The translations under genes and the position numbers were made by a program. The notes below the pieces were generated by a model. It worked only from the letters and a program-made list of their open reading frames with translations, was not told where the DNA came from and did no database searches. Positions 54,641 through 61,654 of a stretch of 64,000 nucleotides of DNA are shown here, one piece after another; the first letter of the stretch is position 1; each line of letters starts with the position of its first letter. Where the stretch lies: IMG/VR virus record IMGVR_UViG_3300037089_000506; one strand, written 5' to 3'. The stretch is from a virus.

Positions 54641-54660
54641 TCTATTCTCCTATATATCGA

Positions 54661-55656
54661 CTAAACTGGAATTTCTTCCCACGTAATTGAATACCCTACA
54701 TACCATGCTGTCCCTGCTGCTGACCAACAGGGCGTCCAATAGCTTCCCGGACCTATAACAATATCACCATCTATATACTCTATTGCCTTCATTCCTGCTA
54801 AGTTAGCTTCACTACCTGCTGTCATCCAAAAATCTGCTAAACGAAGCATTCCTAAAGTAGCAGTATTTGTATTAAGCCCTGTAGCAGCAATTCCTGCTGT
54901 ATTGACAATGGCACGAGCCACACAGTTAGCAGGAAGTCCAGTGTTATTACATTGGATTACGTTCCCCCCTACATTTACTATAGTACAGCTACCAGGGACA
55001 GTAACACCAGCAGTAGTTCCTGTTACTGCTAATGCTGTTAATCCTAATGGTTTTGAGCCTATAATAGTAACAGTAGCTGAAGTTCCGCCTGCATTTGTAG
55101 CTGTCCAAACTTGAGTAGATGTACCTGCTACTCCATTCATCGTAGCTACTATCAAATTTGATGCTTGCTGTACAGTATTACCATTAGGAACTGAAGTAGT
55201 AATACCATCAATAATAATTGTACCAGGAGAACCAGACTCAGTTGATCCACCTAAAGTTACGGCTTGTATTGGTGTACCCTGAATTGAAGAAAATATAGTA
55301 GGCTGTGTAGCTAATGAAATATTAGTAACTACATGCATCATAGCGCCAGCAGGAGAAGTACCAGAGATAGGTGCTACACCAAATTTTAATAAACTCAAAT
55401 TCTTTCCAGAGTTTAGTGGATTCCATAATGAGAATTGGGTTAAAGGGTTTGCTCCTGATAAAGGATATATATTTCCAACTTGAGCTACAGCGTTTGTTGC
55501 TGGTAGCACTAAACTAAAAATATTTCCTCTTGATGCATTTTCATAGTATTTACCTTGACTCTCTGCTGTTACTAAATTCTGAACACGAGAGAAACGTGTA
55601 GGTGCATTATACCCATCTTGTGCTGTTACTGTTCCCGCTTTTGTTTCTGCAAACAT
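54661..55656 (-). CDS. Virion accessory protein, triplet paralog 3, with an inserted module of ~110 aa
   Basis: Same motifs plus an insert VTLGGS..TIIIDGI..QQASNLIVATMN..WTATNAGG..VTI. Confidence 0.6.
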   Translation of the reverse strand: MFAETKAGTVTAQDGYNAPTRFSRVQNLVTAESQGKYYENASRGNIFSLVLPATNAVAQVGNIYPLSGANPLTQFSLWNPLNSGKNLSLLKFGVAPISGTSPAGAMMHVVTNISLATQPTIFSSIQGTPIQAVTLGGSTESGSPGTIIIDGITTSVPNGNTVQQASNLIVATMNGVAGTSTQVWTATNAGGTSATVTIIGSKPLGLTALAVTGTTAGVTVPGSCTIVNVGGNVIQCNNTGLPANCVARAIVNTAGIAATGLNTNTATLGMLRLADFWMTAGSEANLAGMKAIEYIDGDIVIGPGSYWTPCWSAAGTAWYVGYSITWEEIPV

Positions 55657-55667
55657 ACTTTATTCCT

Positions 55668-56816
55668 TTATCTAATCTCTACCAAGTTGTAATAAGAGGA
55701 GGATGAATACCCTTGAGAAAAACTTATTCCCATAGTATTAGATACACCACCCTCTAAAGCATATAATTCGTAGTCTTGCTTTATTAATAAGTCCCATTCC
55801 TGTTGTTCCACTGTTAATTGCGCTTGTTCTGCTACCCTAATTCTATAAGAATCTTGATCTATTTCTACTCTCAACCTAGATTTATCTGGTCCTATATTAG
55901 CATAGTTAGAAATTAAAGATTTATTTTGTCTAAAATCATATACCCAATAAGTAGTATTACTTGGATAAGGAGCAGGAGTAATACCAGAAGTAGTTAGAAT
56001 ACATCTATATACTTGAGGTATACTTCCAGAACCATTAGGACCTGCCCATAATACTGTATCTCCTGGTTGATACCCACCACCGAGAGCGGCAGTAGCATAG
56101 TAGGGGTTCCAATAATCAATAGAAGTTAATGCATCTTTAGATAAACCAGCATCATAAGTAAATAACTCTGAAGAAGTAGGCTTTTGTACTACAGTTCCAA
56201 CTCCACCAGATACAGTGGCTGTACCTGTCACTGTCACACCAGTATTGGATATAATACCAAAAATAGAAGGTTCTCCAGAGAGAGCTATTGTTACTTGAGG
56301 TGTACCAGCGGTAGCAGTAGAGAATCTACATTGAAAACGTTCAATTCCTGATAAAGGAAATCTATAAATACCATTAGTAGTAGCAGTAGTAATTGGTTGG
56401 CCTTGAGTAGTAATATTAATACCTAATAAGGAATAATATGTACCACCACCAGCAGAGAAGTTTGAACCTTCAAAAGTAACAGTACCAACCCAGGCCCCTG
56501 AAAGTTGTACAGTAGCTGTATCAAAATTACGAGTATCGATACCAAAAACAGTGCTAGGTCCATTTAATGCTAATATACCAGAGTACACTACATCCTTGGT
56601 TATCATATCAACTTTTAGACGTTGCGTTTCCGGGTCTGTTAATCGAGTGCTCCCAAATACTTCCTCCATGTTTGTATCATAGGTGAAGTTAAGTTGCATC
56701 TGTCCTTTCTCATTATCATAGCTCTCTTGTTGATCCTGGGTGCTTACTCCTGTTAGAAAATATCTTTCTTGAGGTAAGTTTGGTGAGCCTGAGATAGAAG
56801 CAGCATTAATAATCAT
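55668..56816 (-). CDS. Virion accessory protein with a possible CBM5/12-like carbohydrate-binding module
   Basis: YWNPYY...YQPGDTVLW...YRCILTT...PSNTTYWV. Confidence 0.5.
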   Translation of the reverse strand: MIINAASISGSPNLPQERYFLTGVSTQDQQESYDNEKGQMQLNFTYDTNMEEVFGSTRLTDPETQRLKVDMITKDVVYSGILALNGPSTVFGIDTRNFDTATVQLSGAWVGTVTFEGSNFSAGGGTYYSLLGINITTQGQPITTATTNGIYRFPLSGIERFQCRFSTATAGTPQVTIALSGEPSIFGIISNTGVTVTGTATVSGGVGTVVQKPTSSELFTYDAGLSKDALTSIDYWNPYYATAALGGGYQPGDTVLWAGPNGSGSIPQVYRCILTTSGITPAPYPSNTTYWVYDFRQNKSLISNYANIGPDKSRLRVEIDQDSYRIRVAEQAQLTVEQQEWDLLIKQDYELYALEGGVSNTMGISFSQGYSSSSYYNLVEIR

Positions 56817-56821
56817 ACCTA

Positions 56822-56827
56822 ATTAGT
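56822..56827 (-). promoter_or_regulatory. Late promoter motif ACTAAT (leaderless)
   Basis: ACTAAT TAGGT ATG. Confidence 0.7.
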
Positions 56828-56829
56828 CC

Positions 56830-57243
56830 TTATTCCGTCACTGAATATACAAATCCTGTAATAGATACAGTAGCACCAGAGGATATAGACGTAGAATTTA
56901 TATTCAAGTCACAACCTACAGTTCCCACAGAACCGTCGCAGACAGTTGAAGCTCCGTTTGTAATTCTAAACCACGTTGCCGTTGAAGAGTAAGAAGCGCT
57001 CACATTGGAAATAGAACCAAAAGTAATGGTAACTACATTTGTACCTGTTGCCACTGTATTTAAGGTATATACTGGTAATGTGAATGTAGCTAAAACATGC
57101 TGTCCTGAAGTTGCTGTATTGGCATTTGCTGGTTGTAATCCATCGTAAATTGTTAGTGTAGCCCCACCAAACCATGAGGCTGAATTTAGTATATTTGCCA
57201 AAGCTGTAGCAGAAACGTTTGACAAATTAAATGTGCTTGCCAT
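56830..57243 (-). CDS. Small virion structural protein
   Basis: LTIYDGLQPANAN..LATFTL..ATWFRI..CDGSVG..DLNINSTSI..GATVSI pattern seen in phage virion proteins. Confidence 0.55.
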   Translation of the reverse strand: MASTFNLSNVSATALANILNSASWFGGATLTIYDGLQPANANTATSGQHVLATFTLPVYTLNTVATGTNVVTITFGSISNVSASYSSTATWFRITNGASTVCDGSVGTVGCDLNINSTSISSGATVSITGFVYSVTE

Positions 57244-57266
57244 CTATAATCTCCTAATACTTTCTA

Positions 57267-57272
57267 ATTAGT
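57267..57272 (-). promoter_or_regulatory. Late promoter motif ACTAAT (leadered)
   Basis: ACTAAT TAGAA AGTATTAGGAGATTATAG ATG. Confidence 0.6.
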
Positions 57273-57435
57273 TGTCGAATTGGTTCATATTATCTGATAT
57301 AAAAATGTATTGAGCATTAGAAATATTAGGAGTAATAACAAAGCTTACTGAATCTGTATATATTTCAGTATCTACATTAGACACTGGATTAGGATAATAG
57401 GGTAGAGTTATGCTTATATTTTCTGTTAAGTCCAT
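57268..57435 (-). CDS. Small protein (55 aa) with one YTD repeat
   Basis: IYTDSVSFVITP matches SYTDSTIFKVTP in 51740..52780; ATG abuts the previous stop. Confidence 0.55.
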   Translation of the reverse strand: MDLTENISITLPYYPNPVSNVDTEIYTDSVSFVITPNISNAQYIFISDNMNQFDN

Positions 57436-57939
57436 TTAATTCCCGAGGAATGTCAATTGCCATGTAACTTGTAATGTGGAGGATATACTAACGTTTTGAG
57501 AAGGTACGTTTACATAAGATAAGCACGTTGTAGTAGAACCCTGAACATTGGCTGAAGTTATACATGCTTCATTTATCCCTACTACGTTCAATGAACCAGC
57601 AGCAAATAAGAATACAAAGTTTAATATATTCTGCCCTGAATTACCCCAAGTGCCTACAAGTTGAGGATAGGTGGATGATACCAACTGTCCTGAACCAGTT
57701 TGAGTATTTACCCATGTTTGATTTTTGTTATTTGACCCTGTGTATCCTGTACCTAAAATAACGTAGCAGTTAGTTCCATTTATCTTCTGTCTGGCAGGGG
57801 ATAAAGAGAGTAAATCTGCTATGTATGAATCGCCCTGAGTTGTTACAATATTATGATTATACACTTCTGACTCAATATTTCCAAACCTATCTCTAACAGT
57901 AAACGTGACTAAACCTGTAGGGCTCATTATATTTTCCAT
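57436..57939 (-). CDS. Virion structural protein (fibre-base-like)
   Basis: GLVTFTVRDRFG...HNIVTTQG..LGTG..F..G....INEACI..LQVTWQLTF. Confidence 0.55.
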   Translation of the reverse strand: MENIMSPTGLVTFTVRDRFGNIESEVYNHNIVTTQGDSYIADLLSLSPARQKINGTNCYVILGTGYTGSNNKNQTWVNTQTGSGQLVSSTYPQLVGTWGNSGQNILNFVFLFAAGSLNVVGINEACITSANVQGSTTTCLSYVNVPSQNVSISSTLQVTWQLTFLGN

Positions 57940-57956
57940 TACAACCTCTATATTGA

Positions 57957-57980
57957 ATTAGTAGTAGAAATTAGACTAAA
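57957..57980. promoter_or_regulatory. Divergent late promoters: ACTAAT (-) at 57957-57962 and ACTAAA (+) at 57975-57980 (leaderless)
   Basis: Minus: ACTAAT TCAAT ATAGAGG..ATG; plus: ACTAAA TAGTA ATG. Confidence 0.7.
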
Positions 57981-57985
57981 TAGTA

Positions 57986-59485
57986 ATGAATGTTTTAGAT
58001 AATCCCAATTTTATTCAATGGTTTGGGCAAAGCAAAATAAAAGATAAAGAGGGATATCCTATAGTATGCTATAAATTTGTTCCAAAAGAAACTAATAGTA
58101 TTGAAGTGCCTAATGGTTTAGAACAAAAAGCTATTTTTTTAACATATAGTAAAAAAGCTGCATTACTACGGGGTGGGAATGTAGTACCTCTTTATGTAAA
58201 GATGGAGATGCCCTTTGATATTAGCAATAGGAAGAAAAGTAGAGATTATATTGAATGGAGATTGAAGCATAATACTATGGAAAGTGTTATTGATTATGCT
58301 AAAAGAACAGGTAGAGATGGTATTATTAATAATTCTCTAAATGAATTAATGGTATTTACTTCTAATCAAGTGAAATCAGCAGATAAAAATAATGGTGAAT
58401 TCTCTATAAAATCTAATAATTTATATGAAAGTAGTGCAATCCCTGAAATAGACCCTTATCTGATAGATACTCCTATTTCAAAAAAAATTATTAATCAATA
58501 TGAGATTACTGACGAACCTCTAGATGCTTTTTTCATTCTGGCTGATGGACAATTATTAGATGGCTCTGGTAGGAATATTGGTAATAGAAATGGTGGTAGA
58601 ATTTTAGATCATCATGAAATAGGGAGTTTTGTTAAATTGTTCCAAGATAACTATCATAAAAGAATGCTATATGCAATGAAGAGGTCAGGGGCAATCAGAC
58701 TGGATGCAAAAATAGGCTATATTGCTACTGTGGGTAGACCTAATGGAGCGCAGATTAGAGCTATATTGAATATGTTCCATGGAAAAGAAATAAGAATAGA
58801 CTATTATTCATCTTCTTTAGACTGGATTACAGGACAAATGATACCCGCCACTAAAGAGCAATTAGAATGGTTTTTTAAGTATCCTTTAGACCCTCTATCC
58901 CAGTATACAGAAATGGCATACCCCGCCGGATTTAGTATGGAAACTCTTTTAAGCTTCTCTTCCTATTCTGATAGAATAAAATATGCTAATAAAAATTTAG
59001 AATATATTAATCATGGATCGTCACGGACAGTATTTGGTGTTGATGAGAAAAAAGTATTAAAAGTAGCAAGGAATGATAGGGGATTAGCACAAAATGGGGC
59101 TGAAGTAAGATTTAGTAAAAAACAAATACCAATATGTGCCCGTGTATTTAAGTGGGCAGACGATAATAGTTTTATTGAAATGGAAAGGGCAGAACCTATC
59201 GACGATATGGCTATATTCGAATATGGCACAGGTATTACTAGTATGTTCCTTTTTCATGAATATTTAGGAGAACTTTCATATAGAGAAGATAAGGTTAATA
59301 TAAAAGGTTTTACTGATAATCCCTGGGTTCAAGAATTAGTAAAATTTGCTAAAGATAATAAGTATGAATTACCAGGGGATTTTACTACTCTATCTGCCTA
59401 TGGTATTGTTCATAGAAAAGAAGGATGGAGAGTAGTTATTATTGACTATGGTCTTACTCCTTCGGTGCATAACGATTATTATTAA
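57986..59485 (+). CDS. Polyvalent protein: ART-like N-term, unknown middle domain, C-terminal protein-kinase-like domain
   Basis: NPNFIQWFGQSKIKD..VFTSNQVKSA..NNGEFS (paralogous to the 46755 N-term); HGSSRTVF..VLKVA..QNGAE..GDF..AYG..IDYG. Confidence 0.7.
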   Translation: MNVLDNPNFIQWFGQSKIKDKEGYPIVCYKFVPKETNSIEVPNGLEQKAIFLTYSKKAALLRGGNVVPLYVKMEMPFDISNRKKSRDYIEWRLKHNTMESVIDYAKRTGRDGIINNSLNELMVFTSNQVKSADKNNGEFSIKSNNLYESSAIPEIDPYLIDTPISKKIINQYEITDEPLDAFFILADGQLLDGSGRNIGNRNGGRILDHHEIGSFVKLFQDNYHKRMLYAMKRSGAIRLDAKIGYIATVGRPNGAQIRAILNMFHGKEIRIDYYSSSLDWITGQMIPATKEQLEWFFKYPLDPLSQYTEMAYPAGFSMETLLSFSSYSDRIKYANKNLEYINHGSSRTVFGVDEKKVLKVARNDRGLAQNGAEVRFSKKQIPICARVFKWADDNSFIEMERAEPIDDMAIFEYGTGITSMFLFHEYLGELSYREDKVNIKGFTDNPWVQELVKFAKDNKYELPGDFTTLSAYGIVHRKEGWRVVIIDYGLTPSVHNDYY

Positions 59486-59502
59486 TAGATAGGAGAACAA
59501 TA

Positions 59503-60213
59503 ATGAGTATAATAAGTGAGTTTCTATTAGAAGATAATTTCCATCTCAATGAGAAGTACCCTAATGGGTTTGATATGAAAACACTTAAAAGTTTAGATAA
59601 CTATGATGATAGGCTAGAGTATGTTGATAAATATTTAGAAAAGTTAGGAGAGGGTAGCTCCCGAGCTGTGTATGCTGTAGATGAAAAAAAAGTATTAAAA
59701 GTAGCAACGGGGGATAATGGCATAGGTCAAAATGAGGCTGAATTTAGGTTTGGTAAGAAACAGCATGGTTCCTCCTCTAATACATATCAATTTACAGGAA
59801 AAGGTTATAATATATGTTCTAGAATATATGATTGGGATGAAGATTACAGATTCCTAGAGGTAGAACGGGCAGAGAGCTTTAATAATGATGGGGATGAAGA
59901 TGGACAAGCACTCTTTTGTTATATAACAGGTTTTAAAGAGTTTGATGACCTTAGATATGCATTAAATCGTCTTAATTGGGAGTGGGGTAGCGGCGCTACT
60001 ATTAAACAAATACATACAAAACCAGAAAAAATGTATGTAAAAAATTTACCCTGGCTTCAGGAGCTTTATACATTTACTTCTAAAAATAGATACTATATTC
60101 CTGGTGATTTCGCTCGTCTTTCTACGTATGGGGCTGTAATGAGAGAAGGTAAACCTCAGATTATTATTGTTGATTATGGTTTTACTCCCAGTGTAGAGTA
60201 CAACTATTACTAA
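59503..60213 (+). CDS. Stand-alone protein-kinase-like protein, paralog of the 57986 C-terminus
   Basis: GEGSSRAVY, VLKVA, QNEAE, PGDF..TYG, VDYG. Confidence 0.75.
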   Translation: MSIISEFLLEDNFHLNEKYPNGFDMKTLKSLDNYDDRLEYVDKYLEKLGEGSSRAVYAVDEKKVLKVATGDNGIGQNEAEFRFGKKQHGSSSNTYQFTGKGYNICSRIYDWDEDYRFLEVERAESFNNDGDEDGQALFCYITGFKEFDDLRYALNRLNWEWGSGATIKQIHTKPEKMYVKNLPWLQELYTFTSKNRYYIPGDFARLSTYGAVMREGKPQIIIVDYGFTPSVEYNYY

Positions 60214-60225
60214 AACTCTATTTTC

Positions 60226-60231
60226 ACTAAG
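60226..60231 (+). promoter_or_regulatory. Late promoter motif ACTAAG (leaderless)
   Basis: ACTAAG TAAAA ATG. Confidence 0.6.
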
Positions 60232-60236
60232 TAAAA

Positions 60237-60677
60237 ATGAATAATGAAGCTGAATGCTGCACAATAATAAAGAATAGCTTTATTACATTAGGACAAGTAA
60301 TGTGGAAGATTCCTGACCCATCAGGGCAATATACTCAAACTATCCAACGGCCCTTTGACTTGTTTGGCACTTGGCGTGGAAAGCCTATATATATGGAAGT
60401 AAAATATATTAATAAACTGAAATCCTTTGATTTACAGAGGATAGAGGAACATCAAATTACTAGTCTACTTGCCCTAAAGAACGCTTTACCTGAATCTATC
60501 TGTTGTATTGCTTTAGGGGTGAAGGTAGGCAGAGGGGACAATAGAATTTATTTTTTTACTGATATTTATGATATAGAGCGAAGAAGAACAAATAAGCAAA
60601 ACTATAAAAAAAAGGAACTTGAATCATTACCTTATTATCCTATCCATAAGGATTTAATACAGCTTGAGACTAATTAG
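60237..60677 (+). CDS. Holliday junction resolvase, RecU-like PD-(D/E)xK nuclease
   Basis: WKIPD..PFDLFG..YMEVK..IEEHQI..L. Confidence 0.7.
   Translation: MNNEAECCTIIKNSFITLGQVMWKIPDPSGQYTQTIQRPFDLFGTWRGKPIYMEVKYINKLKSFDLQRIEEHQITSLLALKNALPESICCIALGVKVGRGDNRIYFFTDIYDIERRRTNKQNYKKKELESLPYYPIHKDLIQLETN
60669..60674 (+). promoter_or_regulatory. Late promoter motif ACTAAT (leadered)
   Basis: ACTAAT TAGAG GAGGAACATAAA ATT. Confidence 0.55.
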
Positions 60678-60691
60678 AGGAGGAACATAAA

Positions 60692-60955
60692 ATTTTATAC
60701 GAGTATAAGTGTGAAATCTGCGGAAAAACAGTAAACAAGAATCTACCCATGATGGAAGTACATCCTAAATTTATAAAATGTAAATGCGGGAATAAGGCTT
60801 ATAGGAATTGGAGTTCGTATACAGTGAAGATTCCAGAGCATTTCCAGTCTCAAAATGAACTGTATAATAATAATACAGCTTCTGACTATAATTATATTTC
60901 AGGAAGAATGAAACACGGGGATTTACCCTCAGGTAGAAGACATGCAATCTATTAA
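60692..60955 (+). CDS. FmdB-like zinc-ribbon protein, apparent ATT start
   Basis: (I/M)LYEYKCEICG...CKCG; SD GAGGAGG 8 nt upstream of ATT. Confidence 0.65.
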   Translation: MLYEYKCEICGKTVNKNLPMMEVHPKFIKCKCGNKAYRNWSSYTVKIPEHFQSQNELYNNNTASDYNYISGRMKHGDLPSGRRHAIY

Positions 60956-60967
60956 TGAGAAAAAACT

Positions 60968-61654
60968 ATGGGAATAATTTATTGTGCTACAAATAAAATA
61001 AATGGGAAGATTTATATTGGTGAAACAATTCAATGTTTGAAAAAAAGAATGGCACAACATAAATCTGCTGGATTATGTAATTCTGAATATTATTTTCATA
61101 GGGCTATAAAAAAATATGGATGGGATAATTTTTATTTTATAGTACTTGAATATCTTGATAATACTGAAATATTTGAAAAAGAAAATATGTGGATAATAGC
61201 TTCTAATGCTAATAACCCTAATATTGGTTATAATATGAATGAAGGGGGAAAGGGGCAGAGAGGAAATCATAATTCCTATCAAAAAAAACACAAAAAATGG
61301 TCAGAAGAGTCTAAAAAAAGATTTAGTGAATCTCATACTGGGAGTAAAAATTATAATTTTGGTAAACATTTTTCTGAGAAGCATAGAGAGAAATTAAGAT
61401 TATCAAATATAGGTAAAAACAAGGGTAAGCATCATACTGATGAATCTAAAATAAAGATAGGTAATAGAAGTAGGGGATATCAGAATCCTAATGCTCACCC
61501 TATTATTAATAATGATACCCAAGAAGTATTTTTAACTATTCAAAAAGCTGTAAATAAGTATAAAATAATATCCTCAAATGTAGTAAAATGTTGTCAAGGG
61601 AAAAGAAATACCTGCGGTGGCTATCATTGGGCATATTATAAGGAAGAAAATTAA
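60968..61654 (+). CDS. Free-standing GIY-YIG homing endonuclease with NUMOD3 and NUMOD1-type domains
   Basis: GIIYCATNKINGKIYIGET..R..H; GYNMNEGG; HFSEKHREKL; TCGGYHWAY. Confidence 0.88.
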   Translation: MGIIYCATNKINGKIYIGETIQCLKKRMAQHKSAGLCNSEYYFHRAIKKYGWDNFYFIVLEYLDNTEIFEKENMWIIASNANNPNIGYNMNEGGKGQRGNHNSYQKKHKKWSEESKKRFSESHTGSKNYNFGKHFSEKHREKLRLSNIGKNKGKHHTDESKIKIGNRSRGYQNPNAHPIINNDTQEVFLTIQKAVNKYKIISSNVVKCCQGKRNTCGGYHWAYYKEEN

